Positions 33,791 through 44,306 of a stretch of DNA of 64,000 nucleotides are shown here, one piece after another (the stretch's first letter is position 1; the number at the start of each line of letters is the position of its first letter). Under the pieces are notes generated by a model. It was not told the origin of the DNA. It saw only the letters and a program-made list of their open reading frames with translations, and made no database searches. The position numbers and the translations under genes were made by a program. This DNA comes from Minisyncoccota bacterium (GTDB lineage Bacteria > Patescibacteriota > Minisyncoccia > Phycocordibacterales > UBA9973). The stretch covers positions 27,427-91,426 of the forward strand of contig JBBAAI010000001.1 in NCBI GenBank assembly GCA_041658325.1, read 5' to 3'.

Positions 33791-33802
33791 TACTAGTTTA
33801 TT

Positions 33803-34381
33803 TTATGCCCTCTCAACATATTCTCCCGTTTCAGTATTTACTCGAATAGTATCCCCTTCGCTTATAAACATCGGAGCGTTTAAGGTTGCGCCATTTTCAA
33901 GAGTAATGATTTTATTGCCCCCTTTTGAAGTATCTCCCCTCACCGCTGGTGGAGCTTCTTTTACTTTAAATTCCATTTTAATCGGCAAAGATAATTTAAT
34001 AGTTACTTCTTCTCCATCATTGTCCCAAACCAAAGCAGTAACATTCCCGTTTTGTTTTAAAAATTTTCCTGCATTTCCAATAAGTGCTTCATTCAATTTG
34101 AATCTGTTACTTTTATCTTCTGGATCACAGAACCAATATTCTCCCTTGTTTTCATATAAAAAAGTAATATCACGCTTTATGATATCTGCCTCATCTGCGG
34201 AATCAGAAACATGAAAAGTAGCGGGGAAAACTTTCCCTGATATCAAACTTCGTAATTTAACCTGATTCTGTGGTTTTCGTTGTTGGGTGCGAGCAACATG
34301 TGACTCTACCACTTCACATGGTTCATCATTATGAATTATTATTTTCTTTTCGCGAATTTCGTTGTATTGAAGTTGTGACAT
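33803..34381 (-). CDS. efp: elongation factor P
   Basis: 192 aa, three OB/KOW domain pattern; EF-P-like but none of the quoted segments cleanly fits the conserved KPGKG loop. Confidence 0.8.
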   Translation of the reverse strand: MSQLQYNEIREKKIIIHNDEPCEVVESHVARTQQRKPQNQVKLRSLISGKVFPATFHVSDSADEADIIKRDITFLYENKGEYWFCDPEDKSNRFKLNEALIGNAGKFLKQNGNVTALVWDNDGEEVTIKLSLPIKMEFKVKEAPPAVRGDTSKGGNKIITLENGATLNAPMFISEGDTIRVNTETGEYVERA

Positions 34382-34494
34382 AATTTTATAAAAAAGAATA
34401 TTATTTTTAGGGGGTTTCGAGGCTGTCGAGCCGAGAACTTCAGGATTTTTTAAGCTTAAAAAATCCGTACCCTAGAAACAATATTCTTTGTAAG

Positions 34495-34695
34495 TTATTT
34501 AACTACAAATGGAAGTAAACCCAAAAATCGCGCATGCTTGATGGCTGAAGCTAAAACGCGTTGATTCTTAGAAGTCACTCCTGTGCGCTTGTGACTCACG
34601 ATCTTACCGTTCGGATTCAAAAATTTCTTTAGAATTTCAATATCCTTATAGTCTATATACTTTATATTGTTGGCTGAAAAATAATCTTGTTTCAT
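34495..34695 (-). CDS. rpsR: 30S ribosomal protein S18
   Basis: 66 aa, NQRVLASAIKHARFLGLLPF; rpsF-ssb-rpsR order. Confidence 0.85.
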   Translation of the reverse strand: MKQDYFSANNIKYIDYKDIEILKKFLNPNGKIVSHKRTGVTSKNQRVLASAIKHARFLGLLPFVVK

Positions 34696-34722
34696 GATTT
34701 TGTAATTAATAATTTCTAATTT

Positions 34723-35175
34723 TTAGAAAGGTATGTCTTCGGGATTAATGTCTTCTTCTGGATATTCTATCGCATCAACTTCTTGGCTTTCTGCTGCTGG
34801 AGCTTTTGAACCTGCATTCGTCGTTCCTCCTCCAGTTCCCGCTCCACCCTTCGGTCCAAATTGAGTGCGATCAGCTACTATTTCTGTACGATATTTCTTT
34901 TCTCCACTAGTCTTGTCATCCCAACTTCTTGTCTGCATTCTTCCTTCCACTAAAATAGAACTTCCTTTTTTCATATATTGCGCAACGGTTTCTGCTTGGC
35001 GTCCGAAAACTACAACATTATGATAATCAGTTGATTCCTGTCGTGCGCCGTTCTTGTCTTTCCAAACACGATTAGTAGCAAGAGAAAATGTACAAACTTT
35101 TATACCAGAAGGAAGCGAGCGAAGTTCTGGGTCGCGAGTAAGGTTTCCTATTACGATTGCTTTATTTAAATACAT
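34723..35175 (-). CDS. ssb: single-stranded DNA-binding protein
   Basis: 150 aa, OB fold N-terminus, Gly-rich tail ending acidic DIPF. Confidence 0.85.
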   Translation of the reverse strand: MYLNKAIVIGNLTRDPELRSLPSGIKVCTFSLATNRVWKDKNGARQESTDYHNVVVFGRQAETVAQYMKKGSSILVEGRMQTRSWDDKTSGEKKYRTEIVADRTQFGPKGGAGTGGGTTNAGSKAPAAESQEVDAIEYPEEDINPEDIPF

Positions 35176-35190
35176 GATTATTTTTTAAAT

Positions 35191-35703
35191 TTAGGCTTCA
35201 ACTAATGCATCTATTTCTTTATCAATCTCTTCTTTGTTTATCGGAGTAGCTGTTTCATTGCTTTCATTTTTCTTTACCATCGGTCTTCGACGTGTTTCTC
35301 TGCTTACAAATCTTTTTGTCGCAATTGTATTTTCTTTAACTGTTTTTAATATCAAAAATCGAATAAAATCCGGATCAAGATCAAGCTTCTTTTTCAATTC
35401 TAAAACCTTATCGCTATCCATTGTGAATTTAACCCAACCAAAATAGGCTGTGTTAAATTTATTGCGTACGTTTGATACAACTTTCGTCATTGAGTAAGCA
35501 AGATTTATCATCTTAGGCATTTCGTCTGAAATAGCGACACCTCCGAAAGAGGATATTAAATCCTTTAAATTGCCATAAACAATCGGCAAATTTTCCTCTA
35601 TTATAGTAGGCGCTAAAAGATATCCAACTTCGTAAACTCTCGAATTTGTATCTTCTCCTATTTCATTTTCACTTTTATTTTCCACTTCCGACATGTGTTT
35701 CAT
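35191..35703 (-). CDS. rpsF: 30S ribosomal protein S6 (with N- and C-terminal extensions)
   Basis: position before ssb-rpsR, YEVGYLLAP core resembles S6 N-terminal strand. Confidence 0.65.
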   Translation of the reverse strand: MKHMSEVENKSENEIGEDTNSRVYEVGYLLAPTIIEENLPIVYGNLKDLISSFGGVAISDEMPKMINLAYSMTKVVSNVRNKFNTAYFGWVKFTMDSDKVLELKKKLDLDPDFIRFLILKTVKENTIATKRFVSRETRRRPMVKKNESNETATPINKEEIDKEIDALVEA

Positions 35704-35730
35704 AGTAGCAAAAAGCCCTTAAAAAGTAAA

Positions 35731-35774
35731 CCCCCACACTTATTTTGTATTACCTTTTAAAATAAGTGTGGGGG
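35731..35774 (-). terminator. strong rho-independent terminator after metG-tatD
   Basis: perfect 16-bp stem cccccacacttatttt / aaaataagtgtggggg, 12-nt loop, followed on minus strand by T-rich tract. Confidence 0.7.
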
Positions 35775-35784
35775 TAAAGCCCTT

Positions 35785-36576
35785 CTAAATTCCAAAAACT
35801 CGTTTGGCATTTAGAACAATAGCTTGTGCGACCTCTTCTTCTGGTAGATTTTTAATCTCAGCAATTTTTTTGATAATTTCTATAACCATGAATGGTTCAC
35901 AAGTTCCGCCACGATACGGAACAGGGGCTGCAAAGGGAGCATCGGTTTCTGCCATGATTAATTCTAGGGGTAAAAATTTAATAACTTCATCATAATCTCT
36001 GGCGAAGGTTATCGGACCATCGAAAGACATCGTAAAACCCAAGCTTAGTGCTTTTTTGGCTATGGACAAATCACCGGCAAAAAAATGAAAATTACCTTCC
36101 AGTTTTTCTCCTACTTTATTTTTATATTCCTCCAAAATAGAAAGCGCATCTTGATAAGCATCCATGCTCCCCTTCGTGGGGCGCACGTGCATCATAAGTG
36201 GCTTGTTTGAAACAACAGCAATTTCAATATGTTTTTTAAAAATTTCTTTTTGCTTGTTTTTTTTCTCTTCGTCCTCCTCTCGAAAATAATCTAAGCCACA
36301 TTCACCAATACAAACTACTTTTGAGTTTTTTGCCAATTCTAAATATTTATCAAAATCAAAAACTTCGTTAACGTTGTCCGCCGGGTGTAACCCAACCCCA
36401 GCCCAAATGAAATCATATTTTCCTGCCATCGCAATTGCTTCCTTGGAAGTCTCATAATCCACGCCAATAGTGATGGCGCCAATCTCTTTTTCAACCATTC
36501 TATCAATAACTTCTTTCAAGTTTTCCTTAAAAAATCTAGAATCTAAATGCGCATGTATGTCTATGTATTTAGGCAT
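35785..36576 (-). CDS. tatD: TatD family deoxyribonuclease/hydrolase
   Basis: 263 aa, DIHAHLD metal-binding start, follows metG as usual. Confidence 0.85.
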   Translation of the reverse strand: MPKYIDIHAHLDSRFFKENLKEVIDRMVEKEIGAITIGVDYETSKEAIAMAGKYDFIWAGVGLHPADNVNEVFDFDKYLELAKNSKVVCIGECGLDYFREEDEEKKNKQKEIFKKHIEIAVVSNKPLMMHVRPTKGSMDAYQDALSILEEYKNKVGEKLEGNFHFFAGDLSIAKKALSLGFTMSFDGPITFARDYDEVIKFLPLELIMAETDAPFAAPVPYRGGTCEPFMVIEIIKKIAEIKNLPEEEVAQAIVLNAKRVFGI

Positions 36577-36577
36577 T

Positions 36578-38038
36578 TTATTCTTTCCTCAAAAATAGTG
36601 GTTTTTCTGGTTTTTTGTTCTCTTTGATTAAATGTCTAATTTTTTCAGAAGTCTCTGGTAAAAATGGTTCTAGCGAAACTGCTATGGTAAATAATTGTTG
36701 TACGTTGTTTTTAATAAGAACTTTCCCTTTCTCTAAATCAGTTTTAATTACTTTAAACGGTTCTGTGTCTTGAATGTGTTTATCGAGATCATTTACTAAA
36801 TCAAAAACACTTTTTATCGCAAACTGCACATCATATATATTCAAAAAATTGCCCACTTGCGGGACGGGAGCAGGAATTCCATCGGCAGGACTATCTAAAT
36901 ATTTTTCTGAAAGGGTCATTACTCGACTTACCAAATTCCCTAATCCATTTGCCAGCCCTGAATTATAAGCCTCTTTAAATCGCTCCATGGTAAATGGACT
37001 ATCTTCAAAAGAAGAAATCTCGCGCAAAAGGAAATAACGAAGAGCATCGGTCCCATATTCGGCGACTATTTCTTTCGGATCAGCTACGTTACCTAGAGTC
37101 TTAGACATTTTTAAGCCATGTTCAGCCGTAATAAAACCGTTTATAATAATTTGGTGTGAACAATGTTTATCGTCGCCAAAAGCGGCCATTAACATTGCTT
37201 GCCACATCGCCGATTGAAATCTTAAATTATCTTTACCACAATATTGTGTAGGGTTGCCGTTCATCCAAAATTTTTCAAAATTTTCTTTGTCTTCCGGCCA
37301 GCCGAGAGTGGAAATATAATTTACCAATGCATCAAACCACACGTACATCACATGCTCATCATCCCCCGGCACAGGTATTCCCCACGACATTTTAGATTTC
37401 AAGCGTGAAATAGAAAAATCTTGCAGACCTCTTTCTACAAAAGCTTTTATTTCATTGAAACGAAAATCCGGTATAACAAAATTTGGATTTTCTTCATAAA
37501 ATTTCAGCAATTTTTCTCCGAAGGCGCTGTATCTGAAAAAATAATTTTCTTCTTGAATTATTTCTAGCGGACGTCCAGGATGAATCGGACATTCATCGTT
37601 TACAAGCTCTGAATCACTTTTTGTTTCCTCACAACCGACGCAGTATTTCGCTTCGTAATTTTTTTTATAAATATACCCATTATCACTTACCCGTTTCCAA
37701 AATTCTTGCGCTGTTTTTGTGTGGTGTTCATCCGTAGTACGCACAAAATGTAAATTCTCTTCATCCATCCCAAAAATCTTTACCGACTCTTTAAACTTCA
37801 AAAAACTTTCATCTACAAACTCTTTAGGATTTTTTCCTAGAGATAACGCTTTCTCATATATTTTCATTCCGTGCTCGTCTGTACCGGTATTAAAAAACAC
37901 ATCAAAACCTTGAAGTTTTTTATAGCGCGCGATGACATCTGCCCGCACAAATTCAAGAGCATGCCCTAGATGAAGATCTGCATTTACATATGGAAGTGTC
38001 GTCGTAATGTAGAAACTATTTTTTTTCATTACTTGCAT
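36578..38038 (-). CDS. metG: methionyl-tRNA synthetase
   Basis: 486 aa, HIGH-type motif DLHLGHALEF, KMSKT, Cys knuckle CVGCEE...CPIH. Confidence 0.9.
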   Translation of the reverse strand: MQVMKKNSFYITTTLPYVNADLHLGHALEFVRADVIARYKKLQGFDVFFNTGTDEHGMKIYEKALSLGKNPKEFVDESFLKFKESVKIFGMDEENLHFVRTTDEHHTKTAQEFWKRVSDNGYIYKKNYEAKYCVGCEETKSDSELVNDECPIHPGRPLEIIQEENYFFRYSAFGEKLLKFYEENPNFVIPDFRFNEIKAFVERGLQDFSISRLKSKMSWGIPVPGDDEHVMYVWFDALVNYISTLGWPEDKENFEKFWMNGNPTQYCGKDNLRFQSAMWQAMLMAAFGDDKHCSHQIIINGFITAEHGLKMSKTLGNVADPKEIVAEYGTDALRYFLLREISSFEDSPFTMERFKEAYNSGLANGLGNLVSRVMTLSEKYLDSPADGIPAPVPQVGNFLNIYDVQFAIKSVFDLVNDLDKHIQDTEPFKVIKTDLEKGKVLIKNNVQQLFTIAVSLEPFLPETSEKIRHLIKENKKPEKPLFLRKE

Positions 38039-39113
38039 GAGCTAAAATTTTATCTTTTTCCATGTCATTCAAAAATTCCATCACAATAACAGCTAATGGA
38101 ATAGCCAATATTGCTCCCCAAAATCCGCTTAATTCAAAGCCGATAACTACTGAAAGAATGATAACAATCGGGGAAAGGCCAACAATTTTTTTTATTATCA
38201 GAGGAGCAAAAAGAAAAACTTCAAATTGATGAACTATGAGATACGCTCCTGTGACCATAAGAGCGCTCGAGACTCCACTGGAAAGATAAGAAAAAGCAAA
38301 AGCTGGAACTAGAGCAACCCAAATACCATAAGGAACCATTTCCATTATTCCTGCAATAATAGCTAAAAGAAATGCATACTCTACACCAAGAAGAGCAAGT
38401 ATTAGATAAATTAAAATACCAACGACAAGACCAATAAGTAATTGCCCCCTCACCCAAAGACCTATTTTATGACTCGAACGTGTCCACAAATCTGCCACAT
38501 AATCATCGTACTCCACAGGAACGATAATCTTGAGAAAATTTTCTATTCCTTTTTCTTGGATCGAAAGATAAAAAGCAACTATGACAATAAGTACAAAATT
38601 GAAAATACCTCCGAAAGCTACAGAAAGAACTTGGAAAAATCCGCCGGAAAGATTTAAGACAAAAGCTTTGGATACAGACAAAAGGCTAGCAAGTGAAAAA
38701 TGCCCTGAAAGAGAACCTACTATTCCTTTAGCCCCTGAGAAGGCTTCATTTTTGAAAAAATTAATTAAAGAAATATCTGGAAAATAAGAAGAAAGAAATG
38801 AAGAAAAATTATAAATTTCAGTTATCAATAATGGAGCGAAAAGATAAAACAATGCAAACATGGAAAAGAGTGACACGGCATAGATGATAACAATCCCCAA
38901 AATTCTATTAATTCCATATTTTTGCAAATGAGGAACGGAAGAATCGATAAAAGAAGCAATAACAATAGCTGTCAAAATTACTAAAATCAAATCTCGCAAA
39001 ACCCACGCCAAAAATATACAAATGACGACTAAGGTAGCACGAATCATCGTACCAGTAGATATGGAAATATGAGTAACGCTACTTTTTTCAAGCATAAAAA
39101 TATAATACCACAA
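38016..39113 (-). CDS. AI-2E family transporter (UPF0118/PerM-like)
   Basis: 365 aa, ~8 TM, typical AI-2E topology. Confidence 0.7.
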   Translation of the reverse strand: MWYYIFMLEKSSVTHISISTGTMIRATLVVICIFLAWVLRDLILVILTAIVIASFIDSSVPHLQKYGINRILGIVIIYAVSLFSMFALFYLFAPLLITEIYNFSSFLSSYFPDISLINFFKNEAFSGAKGIVGSLSGHFSLASLLSVSKAFVLNLSGGFFQVLSVAFGGIFNFVLIVIVAFYLSIQEKGIENFLKIIVPVEYDDYVADLWTRSSHKIGLWVRGQLLIGLVVGILIYLILALLGVEYAFLLAIIAGIMEMVPYGIWVALVPAFAFSYLSSGVSSALMVTGAYLIVHQFEVFLFAPLIIKKIVGLSPIVIILSVVIGFELSGFWGAILAIPLAVIVMEFLNDMEKDKILAHASNEKK

Positions 39114-39119
39114 AAAAGA

Positions 39120-40388
39120 CTAAAATCTTAATATTTTTAGGAATTTAGTTTTTTCTTTAAAGGGTCCAATAAGTGCTAAATTTAGTTTATTGTTTTTAAA
39201 AATATCTTTGGCTAGATTTTGCACTTCTCCTACAGTCACCTTGCGTATCTCTGTCGCCTTTTCTTGTGCACTCTTTGTTTCACGTTTCAAAAGTTCTTGC
39301 CCTCCATAAAAATTCGCAATGTCATCACTTGATTCTAGCGAAAGCTTCATGTTCCCTATTAAATATTCTTTTACTTTATTTAATTCTTCTTCACTCGCTT
39401 TTTCGTTTTTTAATTTGTTGCATTCTAAAATAACGGCTTTAATCACTTCTTCGATTCTTTTATTGTCCACCCCAGCTGAAATTTGAAAAAAACCATGATC
39501 TGTATAGGCGTCATTGTATGCGCGAACATAATATCCAACACCCATTTCCTCGCGAAGTTTCTGGAAAAGTCTTGAACTCATTCCTCCCCCGAGTACTCCA
39601 CCCAAAACGGAAAGCACAGCATTTTTTTTATTAGATAAACCGTAAGTACGCACGCCCAAAACAAAATGGGTTTGGTCTGTTTTTTTGAAATTTATAAGTA
39701 CTTCTGGCTTCTTTTGAATTTCTTTTACTTTTCTTTTATTTACTTTTTTACCTCGTGCAACTTTACCAAAAACCTTATTCACTTCGTCCATTACTTCTTT
39801 TTCTGTTACCGCTCCAGCCACTATAAGTACGGTGGCTTCTGGTAGATAATGTTGTTTTTTGTATTTTACAAAATCATCTCGTTTCATTTTTAAAATATTT
39901 TTCTTTTCTCCTGCGATGTTCCAACCCGCTGGTTGATCTCCGTAAAGGAGTTTCATTATGAGATCTTGTACATGTCTCTGGGGCATATCTTCATACATAT
40001 TTATCTCTTCAATAATCACACCTTTTTCTTTTTGCATTTCTGTGTCTGGAAAAGTGGAATTTAAATAAATATCCGAAACAATATCAAAAATTTTATGAAA
40101 GTGTCGTGCATCAGACTTCGCATAATATCCTGTATATTCTTGGGCGGTGAAAGCGTTGTATTGACTCCCAAGAGTATCTAATTCTTTTGAAATATCAATA
40201 GCCTTAGGTCTTTTCGCCGTCCCCTTGAAACACATATGTTCTAAAAAGTGTGAAATACCATTCACTTTTTTTTCTTCGTATTTAGATCCAGCCTCCACGA
40301 GCACCAAAACAGTAGCTGTGGGGTTATCCTTCATCGGCACGGTTATCACTCGCAGGCCATTGTGTAAAACTTTTTTTGAAAAATTCAT
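39120..40388 (-). CDS. M16 family zinc peptidase
   Basis: 422 aa, inverted zinc motif HFLEHMCFKGT. Confidence 0.8.
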   Translation of the reverse strand: MNFSKKVLHNGLRVITVPMKDNPTATVLVLVEAGSKYEEKKVNGISHFLEHMCFKGTAKRPKAIDISKELDTLGSQYNAFTAQEYTGYYAKSDARHFHKIFDIVSDIYLNSTFPDTEMQKEKGVIIEEINMYEDMPQRHVQDLIMKLLYGDQPAGWNIAGEKKNILKMKRDDFVKYKKQHYLPEATVLIVAGAVTEKEVMDEVNKVFGKVARGKKVNKRKVKEIQKKPEVLINFKKTDQTHFVLGVRTYGLSNKKNAVLSVLGGVLGGGMSSRLFQKLREEMGVGYYVRAYNDAYTDHGFFQISAGVDNKRIEEVIKAVILECNKLKNEKASEEELNKVKEYLIGNMKLSLESSDDIANFYGGQELLKRETKSAQEKATEIRKVTVGEVQNLAKDIFKNNKLNLALIGPFKEKTKFLKILRF

Positions 40389-40396
40389 TCTTTTGT

Positions 40397-41728
40397 TTAA
40401 TTTGTTTTTTCTTTTATGTAATTTTTTAAATCAGCAACTTTTATTCTTTCTTGTTCTCCTGTATCTCTATCGCGGACCGTCACAGTATCATCCGAAAGCG
40501 TATCAAAATCAACTACAATACAAAATGGCGTCCCGATTTCATCCTGACGACGATAACGCTTGCCGATGTTACCATTGTCATCCCATACCACCCAGCCAAA
40601 TTCATTTTTTAATTCTTTAAATACATTTTTTGCATAAGAAACAAGTTCCGATTTATTTTTCAACAACGGAGAAACACAGGCTTTATACGGAGCAATAAAG
40701 GGAGGCAGTTTTAGATAAACTCTCACGTCATCTCCAGCTCCATCTTCCCTATAGGCAGAACAAAGAAGCGCCAAGATAGCTCTATCTATACTGATAGTCG
40801 GCTCTATAACATGTGGAATAAATCTCTCTCCTGTTGTTTCGTCCAATACTTCCATTTTTTCACCGGAAAATTCTTGATGTCTTTTTAAGTCAAAATCTCC
40901 CCTGTGTGATAAACCAGTCAATTCTTTGGTTCCAAACGGGTACTCAAACTCTAAATCTATTGTTTTTATACTATAGTGGGCCCGTCCCTCCTTTGGGTGC
41001 TCAAAAGCATGAAGTTTTTTTACGTCAACACCAATTCTGGAAAGCCACTCTTTTTGTTCCAACAGAAAATTATCAAAATAAGACTCCCATGGTGCACTAG
41101 GGTGAATAAAATATTCAAACTCCATTATCTCAAACTCGCGTAGCCTGTAAGTAAAATCTCGAGGAGTTATCTCGTTTCTGAACGCTTTTCCGATTTGCGC
41201 TATGCCAAAAGGTATTTTAGGAGATAATGATTGTAAAACATTTTTAAAATTAACAAACATGCTTTGAGCTTCTTCCGGCCTTAGGTAAGTTTTGATTGCC
41301 GTTTCTTCTGATGCTCCCATTTTGGTTTCAAGCATTAAATTAAAATTATTCGGTACACTTAATTTTCCGCCGCAATTTGAACAAATTTCTTTATTTTCTA
41401 TCTGGTCAGTGCGAAAACTGTGCCCGCAAGACTTGCATTTTGAAACAGGATCTGCAAAATTCTCAACGTGTCCTGAAGCTTCCCACACTCTCGGGTGCAT
41501 CAAGATGGGGGTGTCTATCAAATAAATATTTTCCCTGCTACGCACAAAATAATTTACCCAAGAATCCTCTATATTCTTTTTCAACAGAGAACCAAGCGGA
41601 CCATAATCATAAGTCCCTGCTAGACCACCATATATTTCCGAACCTGGAAAAATAAATCCCCGTCTTTTACAAAGCGAAACTATCTTTTCCATTAAATCAT
41701 TATTTTCTTTTTTGTTTTTATCTTGCAT
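40397..41728 (-). CDS. glyQS: glycyl-tRNA synthetase (class II, dimeric type)
   Basis: 443 aa, motif 2/3 of alpha2 GlyRS, C-terminal anticodon-binding domain. Confidence 0.85.
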   Translation of the reverse strand: MQDKNKKENNDLMEKIVSLCKRRGFIFPGSEIYGGLAGTYDYGPLGSLLKKNIEDSWVNYFVRSRENIYLIDTPILMHPRVWEASGHVENFADPVSKCKSCGHSFRTDQIENKEICSNCGGKLSVPNNFNLMLETKMGASEETAIKTYLRPEEAQSMFVNFKNVLQSLSPKIPFGIAQIGKAFRNEITPRDFTYRLREFEIMEFEYFIHPSAPWESYFDNFLLEQKEWLSRIGVDVKKLHAFEHPKEGRAHYSIKTIDLEFEYPFGTKELTGLSHRGDFDLKRHQEFSGEKMEVLDETTGERFIPHVIEPTISIDRAILALLCSAYREDGAGDDVRVYLKLPPFIAPYKACVSPLLKNKSELVSYAKNVFKELKNEFGWVVWDDNGNIGKRYRRQDEIGTPFCIVVDFDTLSDDTVTVRDRDTGEQERIKVADLKNYIKEKTN

Positions 41729-41732
41729 TTTT

Positions 41733-43664
41733 TTAATTTACCACAACACCTCCATTGCCAGGGAAAGCCGCATCACTATCAAGTCTTGTGTTTAAGCCTA
41801 TTTTATTTACTTTCACATCTACATTAGCAAAATCATCATGCCCAGTCAAAATTGCATCATTTATAATAGTTGGAATTGTGCCTACTTGAGAAAGCGACGG
41901 AGTGAAAGATACTTGAAAAGAAACGGTTCGCGAAGGCCCTGTGATTCCTGCCCCCTTCGGAATTCTATCAACATTCCAAACAACTCCTTTTGTAGAAGAG
42001 TTGTAAGTTAAATTTTCACTAGCAGGTAAAAATGGTCCTACGAAAGTTACCCAAGGAGGAAGAGTGGAGTTGACTTGTACTCCCGAAATACTATTTGCAG
42101 TATTTGAAAGAGTCCAAACAATAGTGTAGGTCGTAGCTTTTTCAGCCTTAGGAGGGATCAGCCCAGTATTAGTAAAAGACCCAGAATAATAAAGCGCTTT
42201 TGCAGAAAATCCAACATCAGAAATAATTCTTATGGTTGCAGAGGAAGAATTATTCAACTCATTAACTGCAAAACCTTCGGTCGCTTGTTTGCCAGAAATA
42301 TTTACTTCTATATTTATAGTAGGATTGGAAAGAATTCCTCCCGAGGCAGAGAAAAGCGAGAGTGGAGAAACGGAAAAAGTAACAGATCCAGAATCACCCG
42401 GATTTACTTCTTTAAGTTGATTTTTAGAATTTTGATTCCAAGTTACTACATCACTAGATGAATCATAAAATCCTTGCGTCGCTCTTATCGTCTGACGATT
42501 GGCGGCATTCCCAGAAATCTTTGCTTGTATTTGTAAATCATCTACCTTGGTATCTAAATTATTAGCATAACGTATTTCAACATTAACTGGTGTCTTCCAA
42601 TCTGTGGCGTATTCTCTTTTGGATATACCATTTACAAAAATATTTGCTTCAACAAAAGGTTTTTTTATTGTAATAATGTTTTTTACTGAATTGAAAACAA
42701 TACCAATTACAGATTTGTCCGTACTGGATTGTAAACCACTCAAGGTATTAAAGGTTTTTTCTTCTCCATCAAAAACATCAATCATTTTACCAGTGATAGA
42801 AATACTGTGTTCCACTCCTGGAGCAAGGTCTCCTAAATTCCAAACATTATTACCAAAAGAAGGTGCTGGTACAGATTTTATAAAAGCAAATCCTACAGGA
42901 TAATCAAGCTTCACAAGTATTTTTTGAGATGGTTCAGTAGAGTTTAATGTTGCTTTCACATTCAAAGTAATTTCTTGATTAGGACTTATAGAAAGCGGAG
43001 CATCTACTGTTAAGTTTATTGGCGTGGAATTAATATTTACTTCGTAAAGTTTTTCTTTTACAAAAATAGCATTAGACCCCGCTACTCGATACTCAATAGA
43101 AATTTTTATAGGACGAGTACTTCCCTGTTCTCCAAAGAGTACTACTTTCAAATTTTCATTATGAACAGCCCCCCCTGAAATCGTGCCAAGTGATAGACGA
43201 AAACGTTCAGTGTCAGAAGACAAATCAGACGAAGAACCCTTTGGGTATTCCACGATAAGATCTACTAGATCTAATGAAGAGCTGTTTTTGTTTGTAATCC
43301 CCACGATTAATGAAAGTTCTTCCCCTCCAGCTGTAAAATTATTACCAAGAATGGAAATATCGATATTATCATTGGAAACAGTATTTCCTCCAGCAAAAAA
43401 AACATAAGCGGCATATCCTAAAGCCAAAACAAAAAAAATCAATGAAAAAACAAAAAAATTCTTAAATTTGGAAGTTTTCATAAAAAAATTTTCAACACTT
43501 TTGGAATCAATTTTTTCTTCAGTTCCCCAAGAATCCGACACATCCTCCCTGCGAGGGTGAGAAAAGATATCTCGATGTTCTATCTTAGTTTGATAATTTT
43601 TACTGAAGAGTTTGCTTTTTAAATCTTCAAGTTTGTTAAGTTTATTTTCGTCTCCTAGCGACAT
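41733..43664 (-). CDS. large hypothetical membrane-anchored extracytoplasmic protein
   Basis: 643 aa, N-terminal TM (FFVFSLIFFVLALGYAAYVFF), beta-rich ectodomain. Confidence 0.45.
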   Translation of the reverse strand: MSLGDENKLNKLEDLKSKLFSKNYQTKIEHRDIFSHPRREDVSDSWGTEEKIDSKSVENFFMKTSKFKNFFVFSLIFFVLALGYAAYVFFAGGNTVSNDNIDISILGNNFTAGGEELSLIVGITNKNSSSLDLVDLIVEYPKGSSSDLSSDTERFRLSLGTISGGAVHNENLKVVLFGEQGSTRPIKISIEYRVAGSNAIFVKEKLYEVNINSTPINLTVDAPLSISPNQEITLNVKATLNSTEPSQKILVKLDYPVGFAFIKSVPAPSFGNNVWNLGDLAPGVEHSISITGKMIDVFDGEEKTFNTLSGLQSSTDKSVIGIVFNSVKNIITIKKPFVEANIFVNGISKREYATDWKTPVNVEIRYANNLDTKVDDLQIQAKISGNAANRQTIRATQGFYDSSSDVVTWNQNSKNQLKEVNPGDSGSVTFSVSPLSLFSASGGILSNPTINIEVNISGKQATEGFAVNELNNSSSATIRIISDVGFSAKALYYSGSFTNTGLIPPKAEKATTYTIVWTLSNTANSISGVQVNSTLPPWVTFVGPFLPASENLTYNSSTKGVVWNVDRIPKGAGITGPSRTVSFQVSFTPSLSQVGTIPTIINDAILTGHDDFANVDVKVNKIGLNTRLDSDAAFPGNGGVVVN

Positions 43665-43721
43665 ACGTATAATTGTAGCATCCCGAACGAAATTTAGAAA
43701 ATTTCTTACGGGACAGATATT

Positions 43722-44303
43722 TTACAAATGCGTCTCCTTGAGAGCCTTGTTTATCTGATGTAACACCTGAGATCTTGATTTAGAAATTTCAAATATCAAA
43801 CTCTCTTCAAATGGAGATTTAACAAGGTTTTGTAGCATTTCATTTCCTCCTATATATCCTAAATTGTTTAGAATGCGTAAAACAATAATAGCTTCGATAT
43901 TCTGCAAATCAGCTTTTCCCTCTATTTTTTCTAAAATAGATAAACCATTTATCAAATCATTAAACAGAGCCTCGTTTTTTTCAACGCCAGCAAGTAATCT
44001 TTTTAGTAACCTAGCGATGTTAGAAACAACTTCAAAAGTCTCGGTTTTTTTTAAGAGCTGTTCTAGAGCATTAGTTTTTGAGGCGCTAGTTACTCGCCAA
44101 AAATTTTTACCTTGCACAAGATCAACTTTGATATAAGCAAAATCCTGTAAAACAAAACGTAATTTGGAAGACATTTTGCGCACACCCTGTGCCGAAGCAT
44201 AAATCATTCCTAGGTCGCGAGTAAAAATAGAATAATATTTTCCTGTTTCACCAAAATTTTTACTTCCTAATATTATTCCCTCTGTGTGATAAATGTGATG
44301 CAT
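43722..44303 (-). CDS. recO: DNA repair protein RecO (short form)
   Basis: 193 aa, N-terminal OB-fold start HTEGIILGSKNFGETGKYYSIFTRDLGMIYASAQGVRK typical of RecO. Confidence 0.6.
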   Translation of the reverse strand: MHHIYHTEGIILGSKNFGETGKYYSIFTRDLGMIYASAQGVRKMSSKLRFVLQDFAYIKVDLVQGKNFWRVTSASKTNALEQLLKKTETFEVVSNIARLLKRLLAGVEKNEALFNDLINGLSILEKIEGKADLQNIEAIIVLRILNNLGYIGGNEMLQNLVKSPFEESLIFEISKSRSQVLHQINKALKETHL

Positions 44304-44306
44304 ATT

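Noticed and set aside
34381-34495. 24-nt perfect palindrome ggattttttaagcttaaaaaatcc between rpsR and efp
   Set aside because: It is an A/T-only stem around a HindIII site. It is too weak and too AT-rich to call a terminator or operator with confidence, and it is not repeated elsewhere.
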